Shown here: in pieces, positions 43,361 through 51,790 of the stretch
Numbering within the stretch: position 1 is the first letter of the stretch
Layout of the letters: the number at the start of each line of letters is the position of its first letter
DNA from: Phycisphaerales bacterium
GTDB taxonomy: Bacteria; Planctomycetota; Phycisphaerae; Phycisphaerales; UBA1924
Length of the DNA stretch: 64,000 nucleotides
Reading direction: 5' to 3'
Assembly: GCA_038328575.1 (NCBI GenBank)
Contig: JBBQMD010000004.1
Coordinates: forward strand, 22,528 to 86,527
The notes under the pieces: model-generated
What the model saw: only the letters and a program-made list of their open reading frames with translations
What the model was told of the DNA's origin: nothing
Databases searched by the model: none
Translations under genes and position numbers: made by a program

Positions 43361-45067
43361 ATGGCCATCCCCCCCGCTGCCCCCGCGTCGACACCCTCGC
43401 CGGGTGGTCCAGACGTGCCGTATGTGATGCCCGCGAACGAACTGACCGTACTGGGCCATCCGCCGGGGCTGTTCCTGTTGTTCCTGGTAGAGATGTGGGA
43501 GCGGTTCAGTTATTACGGGATGCGGGCCTTGCTCGTGCTTTATCTCACGAGCCCCACCACCGGGGTGCGCGAGCCACCGGCTGGGTACGCAAAGGGGTTC
43601 AACCCCGGGCCGGGCTGGAGCGACTCTGACGCTGCGACGTTGTACGGCTGGTACACCGGCTTGGCGTATCTGTTGCCGGTGGTTGGGGGGATGGTCGCCG
43701 ATCGACTGATCGGGACTCACCGATCGATGCTGGTGGGTGGACTGCTGATCATGGTGGGCCACATTGCTTTGGCGGTCAGCGGGATCGGGTCGCTCGGGCA
43801 CACGCCTGCGGGCATGAGCATTTTCATTGGCGGTCTGGCGATGATCGTCATCGGGACAGGTCACTTCAAACCCAGCGTGAGCGTGATGGTCGGCGATCTG
43901 TACCCACGCGGCGACCCGCGCCGCGACAGCGCGTTCACTATCTTTTACATGGGCATCAATCTTGGCGCGTTCTTGTGCGCCTTTGTCTGTGGAACGCTTG
44001 GCGAGAAGGTGGGCTGGCACTGGGGCTTTGGCTCGGCGGCCGTGGGAATGGCGTTGGGACTGGGGCTTTACTGGTTCGGCAAGCCGTACTTTCTGAAAAA
44101 CATCGGCAACCCGCCCGCAGAATCGAAAGCGGTCGTCGCACCGGCGTTCCTGGGGTTCGGCCTGGTGCTGGCAGCGATGGTCGCTCTCGCGTTTCACTAC
44201 GGCTACTTCGGCGACCTCAAGGACGCGATCGGGGGCTTCACGTCCCGGCAGCCGCTCGTTGCCCTGTTGACGGGCATTGCACTCTTCGTGATGAGCGTGC
44301 TGGCGGCCGGGATCTTTAGTTTTACACAACGTCCAGAGGATCGCGGACCGGTCGCGAGCATTTTTATCTTCATGTTCTTCAACGCGTTCTTCTGGCTCGC
44401 GTTTGAGCAGGCCGGCACCAGCATCAACCTGTTCACTGATCGCTACACGGACTTGCACATCGCCGGGCCACAGAGCTGGGAAATGCCAGCGAGCTGGTTG
44501 CAGTCTGTCAACCCGTTCTTCATCTTTCTGTTCGCGCCGCTGTTCGGTGCCACCTGGACGGCGCTTGGCAGACGCCGAATGAACCCGTCACAGCCGATGA
44601 AGATCGCATTCGGGCTGATCTTGCTCGGCATCGGCTTCCTCGTGCTGGTCCTTGGTGCCAGGACAATCCAGGTTCAGGGACAGGGCGAGGCGCAAGTGGT
44701 GCTTGCAAAGGCCGCGTTGATCTACGTGCTCGGTGCCTACTTCTTCCACACCATGGGCGAACTGTGCCTCTCGCCGACGGGGCTGAGCTACGTCACCAAA
44801 GCCGCGCCGGTGCGGTTCGTCAGCCTGCTCATGGGCATCTGGTTCATCTCGAGCTTCATCGCGAACCTCGGAGGTGGCCTGATCGCGGCTCAGACCGAGG
44901 CCATCGAAAGCGGCAAGATTACGCTCTGGTGGAACTTCAGCTCCGGCACGGGCACGACGCAGGCGGACTTTTTCTTCCTCTTCGTCGTCACGTCCATCTG
45001 TTCCGGTGTCCTGATCATGGCCCTGACGCCTCTGCTGAAGAAGCTGATGCGTGATCCCAACGACTGA
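43361..45067 (+). CDS. POT/PTR2-family proton-dependent oligopeptide transporter
   Basis: 'FLVEMWERFSYYGMRALLVLYL' PTR2 signature. AGGAG (43351-55) sits 5 nt before ATG 43361. Confidence 0.85.
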   Translation: MAIPPAAPASTPSPGGPDVPYVMPANELTVLGHPPGLFLLFLVEMWERFSYYGMRALLVLYLTSPTTGVREPPAGYAKGFNPGPGWSDSDAATLYGWYTGLAYLLPVVGGMVADRLIGTHRSMLVGGLLIMVGHIALAVSGIGSLGHTPAGMSIFIGGLAMIVIGTGHFKPSVSVMVGDLYPRGDPRRDSAFTIFYMGINLGAFLCAFVCGTLGEKVGWHWGFGSAAVGMALGLGLYWFGKPYFLKNIGNPPAESKAVVAPAFLGFGLVLAAMVALAFHYGYFGDLKDAIGGFTSRQPLVALLTGIALFVMSVLAAGIFSFTQRPEDRGPVASIFIFMFFNAFFWLAFEQAGTSINLFTDRYTDLHIAGPQSWEMPASWLQSVNPFFIFLFAPLFGATWTALGRRRMNPSQPMKIAFGLILLGIGFLVLVLGARTIQVQGQGEAQVVLAKAALIYVLGAYFFHTMGELCLSPTGLSYVTKAAPVRFVSLLMGIWFISSFIANLGGGLIAAQTEAIESGKITLWWNFSSGTGTTQADFFFLFVVTSICSGVLIMALTPLLKKLMRDPND

Positions 45068-45098
45068 CGCCGGCGATTCTATTATTTCCTCCTACCCT

Positions 45099-45128
45099 TA
45101 CTCCGCCCTACTCCCCCCTACTCCCTTT
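45099..45128 (+). repeat. 3 x tandem 10-mer TACTCCNNNN (pyrimidine-rich)
   Basis: TACTCCGCCC (45099-108), TACTCCCCCC (45109-118), TACTCCCTTT (45119-128). A partial copy CCTACCCT lies just upstream. Confidence 0.75.
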
Positions 45129-45198
45129 CCATCCTTCTGTAGCCCGCGCCCCCGCCACCCACCGCTCGCGCGGCGTGGCGGGGGCTTATCGTTTGTCC

Positions 45199-45651
45199 AT
45201 GGGCAGAACGCTGATCGGCGCGCAGGGATCGATGAAGTTCACCGACATGCAGTACGGACTTGCGATGAAGCTGGTCTATGACATGGGGTGGAAGCCGCTG
45301 GGCACGCTGGCGCCGGAGTCGTACGAGCGCGAGGATGGGCCGGTGGATGAGCTGGGGCAGCGGCTGAAGTGGCCAGCCATGAACTACTTTGCGAATGCCG
45401 GTCAGCGCGTGAGCGATGCGGACGCGCTGGCGCTGGCGGAGAAGCTGGAGGACGTGATGCTCGACGTGCCGAGCCACGACGCGACGATGCACAAGGTACA
45501 TCAGGTGATCATCCTGCCGCCCTTGGGGGAGATGCGGATCCTCAAGCCGGGGTCGAAGGTGAACGTGCTGGAGTTCTTTAGCGGGCGGAACAAGGCGGTG
45601 CTGGCGAAGTACGCCGCGTTTGCCCGCCAGGGCGGGTTCAAGATCACCTGA
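45199..45651 (+). CDS. Hypothetical protein (no recognisable motif)
   Basis: Coding-like composition, located upstream of DUF58. Start ambiguous (GTG 45175, ATG 45199, ATG 45232). Confidence 0.4.
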   Translation: MGRTLIGAQGSMKFTDMQYGLAMKLVYDMGWKPLGTLAPESYEREDGPVDELGQRLKWPAMNYFANAGQRVSDADALALAEKLEDVMLDVPSHDATMHKVHQVIILPPLGEMRILKPGSKVNVLEFFSGRNKAVLAKYAAFARQGGFKIT

Positions 45652-45729
45652 CGCTGGCGACCCGCTCAGAGCGCGGATTTGCTGCTCGCGGGCAACTGGT
45701 CCGTGGCGCGGGTCGTAGTGTGGAGAGTC

Positions 45730-47085
45730 ATGGCACAGCCGATCACGCGGACACCTCGCCGACGGTATCACGTGCATTCGCCGCTGCTGATGTACGTGGG
45801 CGTGTCGCTGCTGGTGGCGATCGGTGCGTTTCACAGCCAGAACAACCTGCTGTTCTGGCTCTTCGGCTTTTCGCTGGGGCTGATGCTGGTCTCCGGGTTT
45901 CTCAGCGGCTCGATGCTCATGGGCGTTCGGCTTGAGCGGATCAGCGTGAGCGACTCGCGCGAGGGAGACGTGATTGAGATTCGCTATCGCGTGAGGAACG
46001 TGGGGAAGTTGGTGCCGCTGATGGCACTGACGATCCGCGAGGCGGCTTACGAGGACGATGGCAAGCCGGCGTCGGCGTGGGCTCGACTGCGTACAAGGAT
46101 TGTCGCGCTCAACGGCGCGGCCGCCGACGGCGGGACGGCATCGCCGGGCGCTCAATCAACAACTTCTGCGCCCGGCGTGCTTGAACGGCGTGCGACGCTT
46201 GTCGCGCCCCCCATGGGGTTTCTCGCGCACCTGAGCCGAAAGGGTGAGATTGAAGTCTTCGCGCGGGCACGCTGCGTGAGCGCCGGGCGCGTGCGGCTGG
46301 GCGCGATCGAGGTCGTCACCAGCTTCCCGTTCGGGATCATGAAGAAGTCGCTTCGATTCGATCAGCCAGGCGCGGCGCTGGTGCGGCTGGCACCGGCGAT
46401 GGTCGATGTCGATCTCAGCACGCGCGGACGCGGCTCGTCCATGTCGACCGACGAAACCCTCCAGCAGGCCGGCTCCGGTGACGAGTTCTTCGCCCTGCGC
46501 GAGTACGTCGAGGGCGACTCTCCCCGCATCATCGCCTGGCGGCGCTCCGCGGCTCAATCCAAGTTGCTTGTCAGACAAACCGGGGGCGCCGCCCCCGGCC
46601 GCCTCTGGCTCGTCATGCACGCATCAACTGACGCCAGCCCACGCGACTGCCTGGCGATGACGTCGGTCAGCGCAGAGATCGTGTCTCGCGCCGGGCGCGC
46701 GGGACTCAGCGTCGGGCTCATCGCGCCGCAGGCGGGCATCGAGCGGGCGGCCCGGGCCGCGCGCGTACACATCATCTCGCTCATGGACACCTTGGCGCTC
46801 TTGGAGCTTGACGCCCCGCGCCTCAAACGCGTGTCGCCCGCGGCCTACGGGCCCGCGCGCCCGCTCGCTGGCGACCGCGTGATCGTCGTACACGCCGGCA
46901 AGGTTGATGCGTCGATCGGCCCGCGCGGCGCCGAGCACCGCGGCGCGACGTTTGACGCCCAGGGCGTGGCGCACTCGGGAGTCTCGATCAAGCCCGCGGC
47001 GGGGCAGCCCGACGGGAGACTCCGCGAGATTCTGAGCCGGTTCGCCGGTCGGGCTCGCGAAGTGCGGCGGGCGGTGCGCCCATGA
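45730..47085 (+). CDS. DUF58-family protein
   Basis: 'FALREYVEGDSPRIIAWRRSA' DUF58 signature and two N-terminal TM segments. GGAG precedes ATG 45730. Confidence 0.8.
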   Translation: MAQPITRTPRRRYHVHSPLLMYVGVSLLVAIGAFHSQNNLLFWLFGFSLGLMLVSGFLSGSMLMGVRLERISVSDSREGDVIEIRYRVRNVGKLVPLMALTIREAAYEDDGKPASAWARLRTRIVALNGAAADGGTASPGAQSTTSAPGVLERRATLVAPPMGFLAHLSRKGEIEVFARARCVSAGRVRLGAIEVVTSFPFGIMKKSLRFDQPGAALVRLAPAMVDVDLSTRGRGSSMSTDETLQQAGSGDEFFALREYVEGDSPRIIAWRRSAAQSKLLVRQTGGAAPGRLWLVMHASTDASPRDCLAMTSVSAEIVSRAGRAGLSVGLIAPQAGIERAARAARVHIISLMDTLALLELDAPRLKRVSPAAYGPARPLAGDRVIVVHAGKVDASIGPRGAEHRGATFDAQGVAHSGVSIKPAAGQPDGRLREILSRFAGRAREVRRAVRP

Positions 47086-49397
47086 TGACCTTGGCGCGCT
47101 CGCGCGTACTGAACACCGTCGTTGCGATTCTGGGTTGCCTCGCCTTTGCGGTCGCCGAAGGTCGCAGCGTGCTGCTCGCGGCCGGGGTGATGGCGGGGAT
47201 CATCTCGCTGGTGATGATGCGTCCGGAGCGCCCGACGGCTCTGCCCCGCTGGCTGCTGAACGGGCTGGTGTTGCTGGCGACGGGGCAGGTCGTGTTGTCG
47301 GTGCTGTCGCTGCCGCGCGAGATCGTCAGCGAGCTGACGGAGTTCATCATCTGGGTGCTGGTGATCAAGCTGCTGGACCGGCGCGTGATGCGTGACGAGG
47401 CGCAGGTGGTGGGGCTCTCGATCTTCGGCGTCGTGGGCGCGGTGCTGACAAGCAACAGCCTGCCCTTGGGCATGACGGTGCTGGTCTACACGCCGCTGGC
47501 GGTGCTCTCGACGGTGCTGATGCAGCTTGCCACCGGCGCAGAGGCGGCGGTGCGGGCTGGATCTGCACCGGCGGATCGCAAGGTCGCGACGCCGGGCACG
47601 CTCACCCTCACGCCAAACCGCGCCGCGGGCGTCAGTGTTGCGCTGGTTTCGGTGATCGCGACCCTGCTCTCGGCGGGGCTCGCGGTCGGGGCGTTCATTG
47701 CCACCCCGCGCGGCTTGGTGCGCGACGCCATGGGCGGCTGGGGCGCCTTTGCTGGCGGGCCGCAGGTGGGTTTCTCGGACTCGATACGCCTGGGCGAGTC
47801 CGGGCTGCTGCAATCCTCGCCGGCACCGGTGATGGAAGTGGCGATCAGCGACGCTGAGGGACGCCCGCTCTTTGAGCCCGACACGACGCTCTACCTGCGC
47901 GGCGCGGTGCTTGACAGCTACGACCCTCGCCGCGGCGTCTGGGAGCGCACGCCCGAGAGCATCTCACGCGAGGACACCAAACGCATGCTCGTCGAAGCCG
48001 GTAGCGAAGGTATCATCGGCGACTCGCCCGGCGGCCGCCTCACACGCGTTCAGACCGTGACGTTTCGCCAGATGGTGGATGCCAGCACGCCGCTGTTTGC
48101 ACTCTACCGCCCAATCGCGATCTCGACCGATCGGCGCAGCTCGGTGGACGTCTCGCGCGAGACCGGTTTGGTGATGCGCTCGGGCCAGCCGGGCGTGCTG
48201 AGCTATCGCGTGACCTCGCTCCTGGATTACCTGGAATCAAAACCGAGCGCGCAAACCGACGAGCCTGAGGCGGACACGGACGTGCCGTCGGTGCTGCGCC
48301 TCTCGCGAGCAGCGCCGCCGCGTGATCAGGTGGTGATGTTCAAGTCCGGGCGGATCCAAGAGCTCGCAGCCCAGATCTTGACAGAGAACGCGGTGCCCCT
48401 CGATGCATCGCAGCGCGAGCCGGGCGAGACGCGCCGTGGGGCGCTGGCCATCATGGCGCATCTGCGCGCAGGGTTTCAGTACTCGTTGGAGATGACCGCG
48501 GCTCCGACCGGCGTCGACCCGATCGAGATGTTCCTGTTTGAGACCAAGCGCGGGCACTGCGAGTACTTTGCCAGCGCCATGGCCGCGATGTGCATCTCAA
48601 TGGACATCCCCGCCCGGGTGGTGACGGGGTACGCCGGTGGCGAGTACAACGCAGTCGCCGGTCACTACACGATCCGCCGCTCCGATGCGCACGCGTGGGT
48701 CGAGCTGCGGATGAACCCTCTGCGATGGGAGACGTTTGATCCGACGCCTCCCAGTGACCTCCCGCACATGCAGCGATCCGGCGGCGGGTTGTTCTCGTGG
48801 CTGCGGCAGATGTACGAGGCCGCGGAGTTCTCGTGGGTTGAGAACGTCGTCACCTTTGACCAGACGCGCCAGCGCAGCCCGGGCGACGCGCAGGCCGCGG
48901 ACTGGATGAGTTCCTGGCGGCGCACGCTCTCGTCGTGGCTTCAAGGTTTGCGCGAAGCGATCCCGGAGCACGGGGCGGCGCGCTTCGTGTGGATCGCCAT
49001 GCTGGTTGGTGGCGGGGCGCTGGCGATCGCGACACTGCTCGCCGGCGGTCGGCGGCTGTACGCGATCGTGCGTGTGCATTGGAACGCGATGCGGGCCCGC
49101 GCAGCGCTGGCCTCGGGCATCGTCAGCAGCGAGCACACGCGCTTTTACCTTGACCTTTTGAGCACGCTCAATAGCGCCGGCGTCGGCAAGCCCGCCGCCA
49201 TGCCCCCGCTGCTGCACGCCAGCCTCATCAACCACCCCTCGACCCGCGTGCGCGAGCTGGCGACGAGCCTGGTCGAGCGGTACTACGCGCTTCGGTTTGG
49301 TTTGCGGACGCCCGACGCGAATCACGGCGCAGTTGTCGCGCGAGAGTTAAAGGAGCTTCGCGAGCTGCTGGCGCCGGCGAAGTCGGGCGCGCGCTGA
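47082..49397 (+). CDS. TgpA-like membrane transglutaminase (DUF3488 + TGase core)
   Basis: 'KRGHCEYFASAMAAMCISMDIPARVVTGY', 'SDAHAWVEL', 'ETFDPTP' give an intact Cys-His-Asp triad. N-terminal multi-TM region. ATGA overlap with DUF58 (47082-47085). Confidence 0.8.
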   Translation: MMTLARSRVLNTVVAILGCLAFAVAEGRSVLLAAGVMAGIISLVMMRPERPTALPRWLLNGLVLLATGQVVLSVLSLPREIVSELTEFIIWVLVIKLLDRRVMRDEAQVVGLSIFGVVGAVLTSNSLPLGMTVLVYTPLAVLSTVLMQLATGAEAAVRAGSAPADRKVATPGTLTLTPNRAAGVSVALVSVIATLLSAGLAVGAFIATPRGLVRDAMGGWGAFAGGPQVGFSDSIRLGESGLLQSSPAPVMEVAISDAEGRPLFEPDTTLYLRGAVLDSYDPRRGVWERTPESISREDTKRMLVEAGSEGIIGDSPGGRLTRVQTVTFRQMVDASTPLFALYRPIAISTDRRSSVDVSRETGLVMRSGQPGVLSYRVTSLLDYLESKPSAQTDEPEADTDVPSVLRLSRAAPPRDQVVMFKSGRIQELAAQILTENAVPLDASQREPGETRRGALAIMAHLRAGFQYSLEMTAAPTGVDPIEMFLFETKRGHCEYFASAMAAMCISMDIPARVVTGYAGGEYNAVAGHYTIRRSDAHAWVELRMNPLRWETFDPTPPSDLPHMQRSGGGLFSWLRQMYEAAEFSWVENVVTFDQTRQRSPGDAQAADWMSSWRRTLSSWLQGLREAIPEHGAARFVWIAMLVGGGALAIATLLAGGRRLYAIVRVHWNAMRARAALASGIVSSEHTRFYLDLLSTLNSAGVGKPAAMPPLLHASLINHPSTRVRELATSLVERYYALRFGLRTPDANHGAVVARELKELRELLAPAKSGAR

Positions 49398-49449
49398 TCC
49401 GGCCAGCGATCGCCGTGAACCATTGCGAGGTTTCAGGTGTCGCCCCGGC

Positions 49450-49471
49450 GTGATCACGGGGCTGTGATCAC
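49450..49471. promoter_or_regulatory. Two copies of the palindromic octamer GTGATCAC, 6 nt apart
   Basis: GTGATCAC at 49450-57 and 49464-71. It overlaps a GCCCCG/CGGGGC hairpin, just after the tgpA-like stop. Confidence 0.3.
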
Positions 49472-49716
49472 ACTCGCTCGTCGCCTCGCATCGCCGGCCT
49501 TCCTCGCCCCCCTTCGCCGTCCTTCGCCCTCCTGACCGGCACAGACGGCCCGATGAACCAACCGAACGCGCGGGCATGGACTCGGCGCACTCCGGCCGTT
49601 CGCGCCGCGAACCGACACTCTCTCTGTGCGGATGTTCCGCGTTCACGGCTCGCCCGCTCGCGCCGAACCCAACTTCGGCCGCTCGGCGCGCCGGTGACGA
49701 TCGACACGCGTGCCCG

Positions 49717-50691
49717 ATGCGCTCGCTGAAGACGCAGCGCCCGCACGCGTCGGCAACACTTTCCGGAGGTCTCCACGTGCCCGCCCATCGCTCGCGAACG
49801 GAAAACTGGCGTCAGTGCCTTGAGCAAATCGGCGAGCGCGCCGGAGCGATCGAGCTCGCGGCCCGCCCGGGCGCGACGGCCCTCGATGCCCCCACCGCCT
49901 CTTCCGCCTCCCCCACCCCAATAGGCCCGCGCCTGGACATTGTCTGGCGTGTGAAGGTTCTTGACGTCGGCCAGAAGGAGCTGCTGGTGTCCTCGCCCGG
50001 GGCCGCGGGTCAGCGCGTCGAGCTCTCGAGCCACTTGCCGCTCATGGCGTCGTATGTCATTGGGCAGAATCGCTGGGCGTTCGCGACCACGGTGATGGGC
50101 ACACGCCCCGCGCCGGCCCGCTCGATGGACGGCATCGGCATCGCGCTCAGCCTGCCGAGCAGCGTGAGCCGCTGCCCGCGCCGCTCCAGTGAGCGCCTCT
50201 CGACATCGAGCTTCAACCTGCCAGAGGTCGATTGCTGGCCGGTGCTGAACCCAGACACGATCGCTCCGGCGGAGGCCGCGAATCGCGCGATGCTTACGCG
50301 ACTGTGGACACGCGCAGATGCGCCGGCCTCTTCGTCCACCGAGCCGATGATCGAGCACGCGATGCCGGAAGTCGGCCCGCGCGTCACCGCTCGCCTGGTC
50401 AACATTTCCGGCGGCGGCGTCGGCCTTTCCATGACCCCCGAGTCTCACAGCGCCATCGACCGCAGCGCGTTCACGTTCGTCCGCCTCCGCCTGGCGCCGC
50501 ACGTCCCTGCGCCGCTGTGCATGACCGTTCGACGCGCACACGCCAAGCTCGAGAGCGACGGCATGATCCACGTCGGCTGCGCCCTGGACTACACTTGGAG
50601 CCCTGACAGCCAGCGGTTTATCGCGGAGCTCTTTGCACGCTACATGTCGTGCGTGCAGGGCAAGGCCCGACGGCTGGTGGACGCCGCGTGA
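49717..50691 (+). CDS. YcgR-like PilZ-domain protein
   Basis: 'RRSSER' (RxxxR) and 'NISGGGVG' ([D/N]xSxxG). The N-terminal 'LDIVWRVKVLDVGQKELLV...YVIGQNRWAF' resembles a PilZN domain. Start uncertain (ATG 49717, track 49576). Confidence 0.6.
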   Translation: MRSLKTQRPHASATLSGGLHVPAHRSRTENWRQCLEQIGERAGAIELAARPGATALDAPTASSASPTPIGPRLDIVWRVKVLDVGQKELLVSSPGAAGQRVELSSHLPLMASYVIGQNRWAFATTVMGTRPAPARSMDGIGIALSLPSSVSRCPRRSSERLSTSSFNLPEVDCWPVLNPDTIAPAEAANRAMLTRLWTRADAPASSSTEPMIEHAMPEVGPRVTARLVNISGGGVGLSMTPESHSAIDRSAFTFVRLRLAPHVPAPLCMTVRRAHAKLESDGMIHVGCALDYTWSPDSQRFIAELFARYMSCVQGKARRLVDAA

Positions 50692-50706
50692 CGGGTAGAA
50701 TCGGGA

Positions 50707-51186
50707 ATGACCGAGACACTCCCCTTGACCCGCCTCGTCGCGACGCAGCCCAGCATCGTGATCGCGATTGACGTCGCCAACCTGAACACCAGCGACGCGT
50801 TCTACCAGCGGCTGCTGGGTTTCCAGCCGGTGGCGACCGTCCGCCAAGGACTGCTCTTTGAAGAGCGACACATGGCCAGCGCACGCGTGCCGGGCTTCCT
50901 GCTTATCCTCCGCGAGGCATTCGGCAAGCGGCCGATCGGCACGCAGCCGGGCACGGTGCTTCGCATTGGCTTCGGAGTCAAGAATCTGCGGGAGGCCGCT
51001 TCGGGGCTTGACCCGGCGACGCACTGGCAGCATCCGCTGCCAGCAGCGCCCGCGGCTGCTGGTGAGACGATTGGCGACGACAAGGCGGCGCCGGGCGGAG
51101 GCTCCACCCAGACGTTTGCCCGCCTGACCGACCCAGATGGCTACATCATCGAGCTCTTCGAGGGAACACCCGGCAGCGGTTTCTGA
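50707..51186 (+). CDS. VOC/glyoxalase-family protein
   Basis: 'IAIDVANLNTSDAFYQRLLGF' and 'LTDPDGYIIELFE' beta-alpha-beta-beta-beta module ends. Confidence 0.7.
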   Translation: MTETLPLTRLVATQPSIVIAIDVANLNTSDAFYQRLLGFQPVATVRQGLLFEERHMASARVPGFLLILREAFGKRPIGTQPGTVLRIGFGVKNLREAASGLDPATHWQHPLPAAPAAAGETIGDDKAAPGGGSTQTFARLTDPDGYIIELFEGTPGSGF

Positions 51187-51307
51187 AACTTTATGTCTCG
51201 GCTGTTTTCCATCTGGCTTCCTTCAGATTGACTGCTCGCACGTTGACCTGATCTCACGTTTCCCTGACCAGGTGCCGTTGCGCTTTGCCCCCCACGCTTG
51301 CGCGATC

Positions 51308-51336
51308 TTGATATGGCGGGCGGAACCTGCTCTAAT
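51308..51336 (+). promoter_or_regulatory. Candidate sigma-70-like promoter (TTGATA-17 nt-TCTAAT)
   Basis: -35 at 51308-13 and -10 at 51331-36, about 455 nt upstream of the rny ATG. Confidence 0.35.
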
Positions 51337-51790
51337 AGAGCCTTCCCGCCCGGCACCCGCCGGGTGGATATTCGCATCTGCCCTGTTCTCGCAAGAAGGG
51401 CTGATCGTTCAGGCGCGCGGGCCGAGGCTGTCGACGGAGACAGAGCGGGCCGCCCCCGGTCGCAGTGGACGCGGCTGATAGATCGAGCACGTTTCGCAAC
51501 GGTGAGACATCATGGACAGCGCACAGCGTCACATTTCGCGTTGGTTGAGCCCTGAACCGGTTTTTTCTCCGTGCTGGGCGGGTTACAGGCTGTTGTCCAA
51601 GGTTGCGTCACGGGGGCTTGATCTGGGAGCTTGATCGATCTCTGTCGCTGGCAGTTTTCCCGCAGGGCGCGAGCCTTGTTGGGCGACGGCGACATGCCAC
51701 CCTTCTTGGCGAGCGCGGGGCCTTCCCCGAGTCCGGCTGTCGCCTGCGCTCTGCGCGGGTCACGGGCGGCTCGGTTCAAGGACGCTCTAC

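Noticed and set aside
42019-43629. 536-aa ORF on the plus strand
   Set aside because: It is antisense to the AbgT transporter and runs across the divergent spacer. Arg/His/Asp-rich shadow.
51187-51790. A known housekeeping ncRNA (RNase P RNA, tmRNA, SRP RNA, 6S) in the rny upstream gap
   Set aside because: I looked for hallmark strings (the P4 GAGGAAAGTCC-type block, a tmRNA tag ORF with a tRNA-like 3' end, the SRP GGAA tetraloop helix) and did not see them. A covariance-model scan is still needed.
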